Source: a virus
DNA length: 64,000 nucleotides
Direction: 5' to 3' (one strand)
Virus record (IMG/VR): IMGVR_UViG_3300031787_000093
Location: 3,714 to 67,713 of that record
The position numbers were made by a program, and so were the translations under genes. The notes below the pieces were generated by a model, which worked only from the letters and a program-made list of their open reading frames with translations, did no database searches and was not told the origin of the DNA. Every line of letters starts with the position of its first letter. Position 1 is the first letter of the stretch. Of this stretch, positions 55,609 through 63,904 are shown one piece after another.

Positions 55609-55673
55609 ACTCTCTCTTCTTTTGTATATACCCTGAGTTCTTACGAAGGGTTATACAAAAGATTAGAGAGAGT
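55609..55673. repeat. long intergenic inverted repeat H2
   Basis: ACTCTCTCT-TCTTTTGTATA-TACCCT ... AGGGT-TATACAAAAGA-TT-AGAGAGAGT. Confidence 0.85.
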
Positions 55674-55733
55674 TAATAAGACTCCGAAACCCCAAAACAA
55701 ACCACAAAACAATCACATAATCACAGAAAAATC

Positions 55734-56036
55734 ATGACTAAAAAAGTAAAAACCTCCAACCAAATCCTAGTTGATGGAATCAAAAATTTGCATCCAATGT
55801 TTCAAGGCTATTTAATCGATAGATTAGAGAAAGACATCAAAGAATTAAGTGAGCAGTTGCCCGAATGGGCAGCAAGCCAAGAGGCAAAAAACTCCATGTT
55901 TCACCCTAACTTCTTTGTTCAGTACATTAATTCTATGAATCAAATCTTTGATGAGATGGACATCTCAGCAAACAAACGACTCTACAACGGCAACAAAGAG
56001 TTTACTCCAAGACCAAAATTATCTTATTTTGAATAA
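55734..56036 (+). CDS. early hypothetical protein
   Basis: ORF. Confidence 0.7.
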   Translation: MTKKVKTSNQILVDGIKNLHPMFQGYLIDRLEKDIKELSEQLPEWAASQEAKNSMFHPNFFVQYINSMNQIFDEMDISANKRLYNGNKEFTPRPKLSYFE

Positions 56037-56049
56037 TCAAAGAAAAACT

Positions 56050-56292
56050 ATGATAGTATTTATTGAAACCAAGTTTACACTTGAAATCCAACCTTGTCAC
56101 TACATTACTTCCGATTTTGTAGGCATTACAACAAAATTGTATGCAATCAGTCTCAAAGACCAAAGATCAAAGAAAGAACTGGCTCATCGACTTGTTCACC
56201 AAGATGAAATCTTGAATCATGTTGAAGAAATGCTACCAACTCATTACAACCAAATCAAAAATCAAATCAAATCAGAATTTAATCTAATCTAA
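56050..56292 (+). CDS. early hypothetical protein
   Basis: ATG follows TAATCAAAGAAAAACT. Confidence 0.65.
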   Translation: MIVFIETKFTLEIQPCHYITSDFVGITTKLYAISLKDQRSKKELAHRLVHQDEILNHVEEMLPTHYNQIKNQIKSEFNLI

Positions 56293-56294
56293 TC

Positions 56295-56858
56295 ATGAAA
56301 GACCAATCAATTACCTACGGTAACATCACTGTTGACATCATTTATGATGACAGCCCAGAAAATCCAAGAATGGATACCAACTTAACTCAGTTTGTTATGT
56401 TCCATAAACTTTTCAAACTGCCAAATGAAACAGGTATTTCAAACTACAATGAGTTTTTTAATTCTTGGAGTGAAATGCAACTTGACTTGCAGTCAAAATT
56501 CAAGCATGTGATTTCGGTTTATATGCTTCATCATGGAGATATATATTTTTCTTTGAGTGACTTCATGGACAAATGGGATTCGGGTCAAGTTGGATTCATT
56601 GTATCCAATGATGAATCAATAGAAGACTTCCGAAAAGTTGCTCAATCAGAACTTAATACCTATGGTTATTATGCTAGAGGTGAATGCTATGGTTTCACAG
56701 TCAATGAATCAGAGATAGAAGATACTGAGTCCGTTTGGAGTTTCTACGGCTCTGACCATCATGAAAGTGGACTCATAGAGTCATTGTATAGTGTTCTTAA
56801 GCATAGTTTTGCTCAGAACCCCAAAGCCATTGAAGAAATCGTAAAACAATTAAATTAA
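56295..56858 (+). CDS. conserved early hypothetical protein
   Basis: SPENPR...WDSGQVGFI...GECYGF pattern, which I recall from phage and plasmid proteins. Confidence 0.7.
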   Translation: MKDQSITYGNITVDIIYDDSPENPRMDTNLTQFVMFHKLFKLPNETGISNYNEFFNSWSEMQLDLQSKFKHVISVYMLHHGDIYFSLSDFMDKWDSGQVGFIVSNDESIEDFRKVAQSELNTYGYYARGECYGFTVNESEIEDTESVWSFYGSDHHESGLIESLYSVLKHSFAQNPKAIEEIVKQLN

Positions 56859-56865
56859 TCTAATC

Positions 56866-57189
56866 ATGAGAATAATCACAGAAAAATCAGTCAAAGCATT
56901 CATGAATGCTGAACGATTCAAAGAATCAAACACCGAAGTTGAAGTACTGCCAAATGTTACAATCTTACGATTGTTTGGAAATGCAATTGCTTATCGTTAC
57001 AACGACCCTCTCAGAACTTTGTCAGTAACAACCGCAGGTTGGAACACTGCAACAACTAGAGAACGATTGAACGGCTTACCTTTTGTAAAAGTATCAACAA
57101 GAAAAGGTCAACTATATATCAATGACTATCCATGGGACGGCTCATTGGTAGATGTTTTACCTTACGAAACTTATTCAACTAAAAAATAA
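56866..57189 (+). CDS. early hypothetical protein
   Basis: LFGNAIA...GWNTATTRERLN motif. Confidence 0.7.
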   Translation: MRIITEKSVKAFMNAERFKESNTEVEVLPNVTILRLFGNAIAYRYNDPLRTLSVTTAGWNTATTRERLNGLPFVKVSTRKGQLYINDYPWDGSLVDVLPYETYSTKK

Positions 57190-57216
57190 TCAAAGAAAAA
57201 ATAAATCACAGAAATT

Positions 57217-57576
57217 ATGGGACGCTATTATTCAGGAGACATTCAAGGTAAATTTTGGTTCGGTTTACAATCATCAGATTGTGCTGACCGTTTTGGTAAA
57301 ATGGGAGTTACTCCAAATTACTTGGAGTACTATTATGAACTTGATGATTTACCTCAAGTTGAAGCAGAAATCAAAGCTATCGAAGATAGTTTAGGTAAAC
57401 TCAAAGAAAAAATAGATAAATTCTTTGAGGTCAACAACGGCTACACTGAAGAAAGATTGGCTCAAAATGGTATATCAAGAGAATCTTTGTCTGAGTACGC
57501 TGACTTGCTCTTGGGTTATCAGATTCGAGATGCAATCATGGAAAACGGAAGTTGTCAATTTACCGCTGATTTCTAA
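57217..57576 (+). CDS. early hypothetical protein
   Basis: MGRYYSGDIQGKFWFGLQSS N-terminus. Confidence 0.75.
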   Translation: MGRYYSGDIQGKFWFGLQSSDCADRFGKMGVTPNYLEYYYELDDLPQVEAEIKAIEDSLGKLKEKIDKFFEVNNGYTEERLAQNGISRESLSEYADLLLGYQIRDAIMENGSCQFTADF

Positions 57577-57592
57577 CCAAAAACCAACCAAC

Positions 57593-57656
57593 TTAATATA
57601 TCCCTTTTATGTATACCCTGATTTTATGAAGGGTATACATAAAAGGGATATGTTAA
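57593..57656. repeat. long intergenic inverted repeat H3
   Basis: Perfect 22-bp stem ATATCCCTTTTATGTATACCCT with a 10-nt loop; extends to 27 bp with one G-T pair. Confidence 0.9.
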
Positions 57657-57697
57657 AACAATCAAAAATCAACCAACAAAACAACCAACAAAACATC

Positions 57698-58441
57698 ATG
57701 CAAAATCAAGTTGCTTACACCATTCCAAAATCTATTTTGTCTGACGGCAAATCAAACTCAAAGACAAAGAAAAACGTCCGTGTTACCAAGATTTTATATC
57801 TTGCTCCCGAACAACAAAACGAACTTGGCGTTAATCTTTGTCCTTTTTCATCCGAAGGATGTCGCAAGTCTTGTCTATTTACTGCCGGCATGGGTGTCTA
57901 TGCTAATGTAAAAGCCGCAAGACTTAACCGAACTCACTACTATCTACAAGATAGGTTTAGTTTCTTGCTTCAGACTGCTGACGAAATTGTTCGTACTGCA
58001 AAACATCTCAAGAAATTAAATGAGCCTTTGGCTATCCGTCTCAATGGCACTTCGGATATCAAGTTAGTTGAGCAGTTAGTTACTGCTTACGGAGACCACA
58101 TCCCTCAAAACGTAGTTTTCTACGACTACACAAAGATTCCGAAAAAAGCAGGTAACTACACTCTTAAGAGTGGTCATCGTTATCAAGTTGCATTCAGTTT
58201 ATCGGAAGATAATTGGGAAAACTTTGAATGGCTTGTTGGTAACAAGTTAGCCGTTGGTGCTGCTGTTTTCGCTGTCAAGAAAGATCAACCTTTGCCAGAG
58301 TTTTACAAAGGTATGCAAGTAGTTGACGGTGACTCTCGAGACGATTTGATGCTTGATGTACCTTTAGGTACAATCTTGGGTCTCAGAGCAAAAGGCAAAG
58401 CCTTAAAAGATACATCAGGTTTCGTAATACACAACTTTTAA
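57698..58441 (+). CDS. Gp88-like protein with three-Cys motif (possible Fe-S)
   Basis: LYLAP...NLCPFSSEGCRKSCL...RLNGTSD...FYDYTK; likely start ATG 57698, downstream of H3. Confidence 0.65.
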   Translation: MQNQVAYTIPKSILSDGKSNSKTKKNVRVTKILYLAPEQQNELGVNLCPFSSEGCRKSCLFTAGMGVYANVKAARLNRTHYYLQDRFSFLLQTADEIVRTAKHLKKLNEPLAIRLNGTSDIKLVEQLVTAYGDHIPQNVVFYDYTKIPKKAGNYTLKSGHRYQVAFSLSEDNWENFEWLVGNKLAVGAAVFAVKKDQPLPEFYKGMQVVDGDSRDDLMLDVPLGTILGLRAKGKALKDTSGFVIHNF

Positions 58442-58453
58442 TCATAGAAAAAT

Positions 58454-58648
58454 ATGTTACTTCAAAAAGAATTAAGCGAAGAAACTCTAGAGAATGCTAG
58501 AGCATGGTTTGAATCACTCGGCTTTTCAACCGACATCTCCTATGGTACTTTGTACCTTGAACTTAACTGCTGTTCAGTAGAACTATCTCAATCGGAGATT
58601 GAATGCAGAGCAGAACAATGGATTAACTCACTCAATAGACAAGACTAA
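58454..58648 (+). CDS. early hypothetical protein
   Basis: ORF with the conserved upstream motif. Confidence 0.6.
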   Translation: MLLQKELSEETLENARAWFESLGFSTDISYGTLYLELNCCSVELSQSEIECRAEQWINSLNRQD

Positions 58649-58652
58649 AATC

Positions 58653-58955
58653 ATGATAACCAAAACAAAAGCACTCGAAATCATTGACTCAGGCAAGTTC
58701 TTTTCTTGCAAGTTTGTAAAACAAAACGGAGAGGTTAGAACTCTCCGTGGAAGAACTGGTGTACGAAAGTACATAGATAAAAACGGCAACTGCCAAACCA
58801 TCAAAGGAGTTGGCATGAAGTACAAGCCAAAAGACATGGGCTATCGTGTAGTATTGGATCTTGACAAGAGAGAATACCGCATGATAAACACCATCACAAT
58901 CGTAGAATTTAACAAACAACCAATCGGAAACTTTAACCTATCAAAATCAATCTAA
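58653..58955 (+). CDS. SH3/WYL-like beta-barrel protein (DUF2693-like)
   Basis: FVKQNGEVRTL...VLDLDKREYRMIN. Confidence 0.5.
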   Translation: MITKTKALEIIDSGKFFSCKFVKQNGEVRTLRGRTGVRKYIDKNGNCQTIKGVGMKYKPKDMGYRVVLDLDKREYRMINTITIVEFNKQPIGNFNLSKSI

Positions 58956-58958
58956 GAC

Positions 58959-59210
58959 ATGAAAGCACCTACAGGACACTACCGCAAACTAATCAGCAAT
59001 CCTCACATCAGAATTGCCTTTACTCACACCCCAATTTATGGCTGTACCAAAGTTAATAGTGATTCAGTCATAGAAGAACTTAAACAAAGTAACGATGAGT
59101 ATGCTCAGTATTACATCGATGGTCTCGAAAGTGGTAACATGGTTACCATTGTAGAACAATCAGTCGAACGCTACTATCGCAACAACGGAGAACTTTTCTT
59201 TACAACTTAA
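58959..59210 (+). CDS. early hypothetical protein
   Basis: ORF. Confidence 0.6.
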   Translation: MKAPTGHYRKLISNPHIRIAFTHTPIYGCTKVNSDSVIEELKQSNDEYAQYYIDGLESGNMVTIVEQSVERYYRNNGELFFTT

Positions 59211-59213
59211 TCT

Positions 59214-59546
59214 ATGGTAAAAGTATATTTTCAATCAGAGATTGGTAGTCACTCAGAGTTAGTGGCTACCTTTAGAAACGAGGAACTTTACATGGCGGCT
59301 TTGCCCTCATTAGAAAAGATGGCTGCAGAACAACGCTGCTTTGTTACTGAGGAGATGTCTAAACATCATATCGACGAAGCAGTTGCATCGGAAGCCCAAG
59401 CCGTAGGCTTTAATTGTCTTCATTGGTCAATCTTAGATTTTGACAAAGACGAAAAAGCCATGAACAAATTCTTTTTAGCCAACGACAACATCATTATTCA
59501 ATTCATCAACGACTTAATCGAACAACAAAATCATGAAACTATATAG
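59214..59546 (+). CDS. early hypothetical protein
   Basis: ORF. Confidence 0.65.
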   Translation: MVKVYFQSEIGSHSELVATFRNEELYMAALPSLEKMAAEQRCFVTEEMSKHHIDEAVASEAQAVGFNCLHWSILDFDKDEKAMNKFFLANDNIIIQFINDLIEQQNHETI

Positions 59547-60108
59547 ATTCAACGAACAAATCAACCATCAGGTTGGTATTATTTTCTCTAGACTTTTTTA
59601 TAGTCTTAATACAAAACTCAAAGAAGCAGGTTTAAAAGACCATGAAATCGAATCCTTTACTATCTTCGATAGAGTTCGAGAAGATATTGAAACAGAATTA
59701 GTAAAACTAAGTCTTACTACTCCGTACTACAAGGATGCTTTCAGTCACAACGACTCGTTACAATTCGATCCTACGGAAATCAACATAGTCAGAGATAAAA
59801 TCTATGACAAGTATAAGTTCATGTGTAGCCATACAACAGAGTTCTTTGCAAGGCAGTGTTCCTTTACAGGAGAGTTGATGAATGAAGGTTGGTTTACTGC
59901 AAATGACCTTTATATCTCAACTGAAGAAGAATTAATCTCATGGCTAAGACGAGAGGTTCAAGAGCCAGAGATTGACAACGAGCTAACTGATGACGAACTC
60001 AGAGAAAAATACTATGAGAATGGTATATTCTATTACACTGAGTGGAATCATTGTACTGATATTATGTTTGCTAAATTTGAGGGAAACGCCTACCGAATCA
60101 ACGACTAA
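59533..60108 (+). CDS. early hypothetical protein
   Basis: ARQCSFTGELMNEGW...YYTEW motif. Confidence 0.7.
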   Translation: MKLYRFNEQINHQVGIIFSRLFYSLNTKLKEAGLKDHEIESFTIFDRVREDIETELVKLSLTTPYYKDAFSHNDSLQFDPTEINIVRDKIYDKYKFMCSHTTEFFARQCSFTGELMNEGWFTANDLYISTEEELISWLRREVQEPEIDNELTDDELREKYYENGIFYYTEWNHCTDIMFAKFEGNAYRIND

Positions 60109-60119
60109 AATCAACTACA

Positions 60120-60186
60120 TTATCTATGTCATCTTTGAGTACACCCCATTTTATATGGGGGGTATACTCAAAGAGACAATAGATAA
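60120..60186. repeat. long intergenic inverted repeat H4
   Basis: TTATCTAT-GTC-TCTTTGAGTA-CACCCC ... GGGGTA-TACTCAAAGA-GAC-ATAGATAA with single-base bulges. Confidence 0.85.
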
Positions 60187-60200
60187 AACCAACAAAAATC

Positions 60201-60425
60201 ATGGACAAAATTCAACAACTCGAACACCGACTTGCTATGGTCTTGGACGATATCAAGGTCATCAGACAACACATCTACAAACAAGACATCGCAGAATCTT
60301 TTGAAAAGCCTACACCTATGGCTGATGAATGTTGGACTCATTTCAACAACATCGAGATTGCTTGCGACTTAAACTCTGAAGAGAGTTTATCTTGGACATT
60401 GTTTAACCAATCAAAGAATAAATAA
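60201..60425 (+). CDS. early hypothetical protein
   Basis: ORF directly after H4. Confidence 0.65.
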   Translation: MDKIQQLEHRLAMVLDDIKVIRQHIYKQDIAESFEKPTPMADECWTHFNNIEIACDLNSEESLSWTLFNQSKNK

Positions 60426-60427
60426 TC

Positions 60428-60760
60428 ATGACTCAATTCGATTTAGAATCACTCGACCGCCACTACTTTTGGGTTGAACGCCCCAAAGCAGTTATTCAAG
60501 AACTATCAGACAACTTTGACAAAGTAGAAGATGTCACCTACCTTAACGATGAGGTACCTTCGGTACTAATCAATGGACTAGTTAAAATGTACTTGCCCAA
60601 TTCAATTCGTCAGCATGAGATGGAGACCAACCAGTACGCTGTTCTCATAGATGAACAGGATGGATTCGCTGATGCTGATATCTATCTATTCGATAGATTT
60701 GACCATGCAATAGATAAAATCACAGAACTTTTAGAAACCTTAGAACATGAGACTAACTAA
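60428..60760 (+). CDS. acidic early hypothetical protein
   Basis: ORF. Confidence 0.65.
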   Translation: MTQFDLESLDRHYFWVERPKAVIQELSDNFDKVEDVTYLNDEVPSVLINGLVKMYLPNSIRQHEMETNQYAVLIDEQDGFADADIYLFDRFDHAIDKITELLETLEHETN

Positions 60761-61169
60761 TTTATCCGCACTTCTTAATGACGGCAACGTCTATCAATCT
60801 GAGACCGAAGCAAAACTTCGTTTTAAGTATCTGCTTCAGCAGTTAACTACCATCTATGATTTACTTGAAGAAGCAGGTGGTTCTGAAGAGCAGTATGCTC
60901 TTGGAGATGTCATGAATTTATTCAGCAATCTTATTACTGGTAGTAAAAATTTACCTAATTTAGACTCTATGAAAATAGACTATGAACAATACTTATTCAG
61001 CCAACTTTGGGCTGAGAAAGATGACAGCTTTGCTGAGTTGCCATATGACGAACAATGGGATTTGATCCCCGACAAGTGGAGAGAATTCGAGAAGAGTGCT
61101 TTCAACGTGGATACAATGCCATTGTACGACTGCATCTTAGCGTTTTTTGACTCAGAAGAACTTCTATGA
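60747..61169 (+). CDS. acidic early hypothetical protein
   Basis: ORF. Confidence 0.65.
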   Translation: MRLTNLSALLNDGNVYQSETEAKLRFKYLLQQLTTIYDLLEEAGGSEEQYALGDVMNLFSNLITGSKNLPNLDSMKIDYEQYLFSQLWAEKDDSFAELPYDEQWDLIPDKWREFEKSAFNVDTMPLYDCILAFFDSEELL

Positions 61170-61543
61170 AAAGATATAAAATATACCGCAATCTTCACAA
61201 GAACTGCTTCAGTGTACTGAAGTACATACCTGAGAAGAAAGGCTATCGGTTACATGAACATTTAACTGATGCATATCTTTATGACGTTGAAGCCAAAGTA
61301 TCTGAGGCTGGTCGTAAAAAGGTTGTCAAAGAAAAACAAAAGAATGTGCACGCATTTTTACTTTGCTCAAAATACACAAAAATGGATTGCCGAATTTATG
61401 GTCATACTTATTTTCCTGAAATCTATTACAACCCATACAAGTATGAAACATTTGTTGTGAATTTTGAACCTTTCGTCTCAGGTAAAAAGGTTATGCTAAC
61501 CTTGTCCGCTAATACACCGAAAGCATTCCTAATGGAAAAATAA
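61166..61543 (+). CDS. conserved phage hypothetical protein
   Basis: YRNLHK...VSEAGR...KNVHAF...YNPY motif set. Confidence 0.7.
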   Translation: MKRYKIYRNLHKNCFSVLKYIPEKKGYRLHEHLTDAYLYDVEAKVSEAGRKKVVKEKQKNVHAFLLCSKYTKMDCRIYGHTYFPEIYYNPYKYETFVVNFEPFVSGKKVMLTLSANTPKAFLMEK

Positions 61544-61620
61544 ATTTGGAAATTACACAAACATCACTTTACTTCGCAAAACCAATTAACAATTATTACA
61601 CAATCTAATCAAAGAAAAAC

Positions 61621-62574
61621 ATGAAAAACTCTAATCAAATCAACACGAATTCAACAATGGACTTAAACATCGACAACTTCGAGAGAACAATGAATCTGCT
61701 CGAGAGAACTGGTCTCAACTGGGAGGTCAAGAAAGAAAAGTTATTTCACGGAACAGGTTCCGAGACTCCTTTCTATGGTATTTTTAAATACCCTACTGAA
61801 GAGTACACTGTTCCAACTCAGTGCTTTGGTACTGTCAAAGAACGCTATCGTGTGTTTCAAAACTGGGAACTAGCCGACACAATTGTTCGTGCTACCGATG
61901 GTATCGGTATTGTTACTGACCGAGGTGGTGAACTAAATGGTGGTGCCAAGGTTTACCTTCAGGCTCAGTTACCTGATGAATACGTTGGTAAGTCCGGGGT
62001 TAACCGATGGGTGACCGTACTTAATTCTCATGATGGTTCATCATCGATCTCCTTTGGTTCTACCAACACTGTGGTTATCTGCCAAAACACTTTCCATCGT
62101 GCTTACAAAGAGTCTGAGAGATTCCGTCATACTGAAAGTGCAAAGGCTAGGATTGAGTTTGCTATCGAGCAATTTCAAAACACCATCAACGAAGACAAAC
62201 TTATGTTTGACAAGTTCAAACGTATGTCTGAACTGAGACCCGACGAGAACGTAGTTCAGGCTGTCATCAACAAACTTTTCAAAGTTGATGTTGCCAATAC
62301 AACCAGAGATGAAATCTCAACTCGTAGAGCCAACCAAATACATCAGTTTGCTCAAGCCTACAACATCGAACGTGACCTAGAGGGTGACACAGTTTGGGGC
62401 TTGTTCAATGCCGTGACTCGATACACCAACCACATGTCTGCTCCTGCAGAAGCTTCAAAGAAGCAAGCTTATCTAATGACTGGTGGTGGTCACGATATGA
62501 ACAATGTCGCTTATGATACAATCATAAAGTGGCTGGATGAAAGAACTGCTAAGACCGTGATGTCGATTGGTTAA
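61621..62574 (+). CDS. DUF932 family phage/plasmid protein
   Basis: GLNWEV, RYRVFQN, LNSHDGS, VVICQNT, TVWGLFNAVTRY. Confidence 0.85.
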   Translation: MKNSNQINTNSTMDLNIDNFERTMNLLERTGLNWEVKKEKLFHGTGSETPFYGIFKYPTEEYTVPTQCFGTVKERYRVFQNWELADTIVRATDGIGIVTDRGGELNGGAKVYLQAQLPDEYVGKSGVNRWVTVLNSHDGSSSISFGSTNTVVICQNTFHRAYKESERFRHTESAKARIEFAIEQFQNTINEDKLMFDKFKRMSELRPDENVVQAVINKLFKVDVANTTRDEISTRRANQIHQFAQAYNIERDLEGDTVWGLFNAVTRYTNHMSAPAEASKKQAYLMTGGGHDMNNVAYDTIIKWLDERTAKTVMSIG

Positions 62575-62584
62575 TTCATGATTT

Positions 62585-62610
62585 CCCCCCTCCTTCGGGA
62601 GGGGGTTTTT
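62585..62610 (+). terminator. intrinsic terminator
   Basis: CCCCCTCC-TTCG-GGAGGGGG-T5 with a UUCG tetraloop. Confidence 0.9.
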
Positions 62611-62634
62611 AAACTACTTATTTAAACAAATGCA

Positions 62635-62850
62635 ATGGCTAGAAAAATACAAAAGCAAGTTTCTCTTGAGAAAACTTTTAAACAAATGGATGACATGGAA
62701 CGGAAGATTTTCCTTACCTATGTTTCAGAACATCTCCTACATTACGATTCTCACTTTAGAGAAATGGTTGAAATACTCACAAAGTGGGAAGACAACAACC
62801 CCATTCCTTCTCGTTTGGAATACACCATTCAAGAAACAATTACTTCTTAA
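62635..62850 (+). CDS. hypothetical protein
   Basis: ORF. Confidence 0.6.
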   Translation: MARKIQKQVSLEKTFKQMDDMERKIFLTYVSEHLLHYDSHFREMVEILTKWEDNNPIPSRLEYTIQETITS

Positions 62851-62852
62851 GT

Positions 62853-62987
62853 ATGACTACACTGAAGTTCATATTAGACTATTTGTTTGTTTGGTTTCTG
62901 CTGGGCGTAGTGTTACTCTACGCTTGGCTATCCCTCGGACTGACCTACACCCTAATAAAAGTATTAATATCTAAAAATGAAAAGTAA
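62853..62987 (+). CDS. small membrane protein
   Basis: Hydrophobic 44-aa ORF between coupled genes. Confidence 0.5.
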   Translation: MTTLKFILDYLFVWFLLGVVLLYAWLSLGLTYTLIKVLISKNEK

Positions 62988-63612
62988 AAACAGCATCCTC
63001 GTTATTCATCCTACGGACAACACTACTGACTTTTTAAAAGTCGTTTATCAAAACTTAGACTGCACAGTCGTAAATCATAATACCTCTGACTATATGTTAC
63101 GAGAGGCTATTCAAATGCATGATACTATTATCATGCTTGGTCATGGATTCCATGGAGGTTTATTCGGTCATGGCAAAGTTGTAATTAACAGCACTCACGT
63201 TGATATTCTAAAGAATAAAAAGTTAGTGGGCATTTGGTGTTTTGCCAACTTCTTCTTTGAGAGACATGGCTTGCTTGGTATTTACTCAGACATGATTATT
63301 TCTGAGATGGATGAAGCCATGGCATTTGGTGTAGATTGTACCTATGATGAAATCAATCAGTCCAATTTGCAATTTGCATTGGCTGTTCGTGATTCAATTC
63401 AAGAGGATTCTCCCATAGAAACTTTCAAACAGATGTACCGCAGTAATGAGAACCCAGTTATTCGCTGGAACCAAGATAACTTTTACTATGCTTATGAAAC
63501 ATATCAATTAGAAGAATTAGAAAATAATGAGCAACATATCATGGACTACAATGCAATGGAGGAGCAATGGGAAATGGATAACTATAACGAAATAACAAAT
63601 GAGCAACAATAA
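62977..63612 (+). CDS. hypothetical protein, possible clan CD (caspase/gingipain-fold) peptidase
   Basis: IIMLGHG ... LVGIWC, a His-Gly plus Cys arrangement. Confidence 0.4.
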   Translation: MKSKNSILVIHPTDNTTDFLKVVYQNLDCTVVNHNTSDYMLREAIQMHDTIIMLGHGFHGGLFGHGKVVINSTHVDILKNKKLVGIWCFANFFFERHGLLGIYSDMIISEMDEAMAFGVDCTYDEINQSNLQFALAVRDSIQEDSPIETFKQMYRSNENPVIRWNQDNFYYAYETYQLEELENNEQHIMDYNAMEEQWEMDNYNEITNEQQ

Positions 63613-63904
63613 ACAAAATATGAAACTATACACAGAAGAACAGATGCACACAGTAATGTTGTTAGCATTAGGCAAGTATCAAATCCACAGCAACAGAAAG
63701 GTATTAAAAGAGAATCAAGATTTAATTGATTCATTAATCCCCATTCAACTACCAAGTGACGAGGATATACGAGAAGAGAGATTATTACAATTTCCTGATT
63801 CTGAATATGCTAACAGGGCAAATGATAGACTTGCCTTTTATTGTGGCGCAAAATGGATGAGAGATAAAATACAAGGAGGTAACAAATGAGCAACAATAAA
63901 CAAA
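63593..63904 (+). repeat. 25-bp direct repeats TAACAAATGAGCAACAATAAACAAA flanking one gene
   Basis: Exact copies at 63593-63617 and 63880-63904. Confidence 0.9.
63599..63889 (+). CDS. small hypothetical protein, paralog of 160-408
   Basis: MKLYTEEQ, IPIQLPSDE and GAKWMRDKI blocks. Confidence 0.8.
   Translation: MSNNKQNMKLYTEEQMHTVMLLALGKYQIHSNRKVLKENQDLIDSLIPIQLPSDEDIREERLLQFPDSEYANRANDRLAFYCGAKWMRDKIQGGNK

Noticed and set aside
57425-57697. N-terminal extension of the 338-aa ORF
   Set aside because: It overlaps the upstream gene and runs through hairpin H3; ATG 57698 is the better start.
52861-60186. Canonical integron with attC cassettes
   Set aside because: The hairpins lack clean RYYYAAC/GTTRRRY ends, there are several genes between them, and no tyrosine integrase is present; kept only as a loose analogy.
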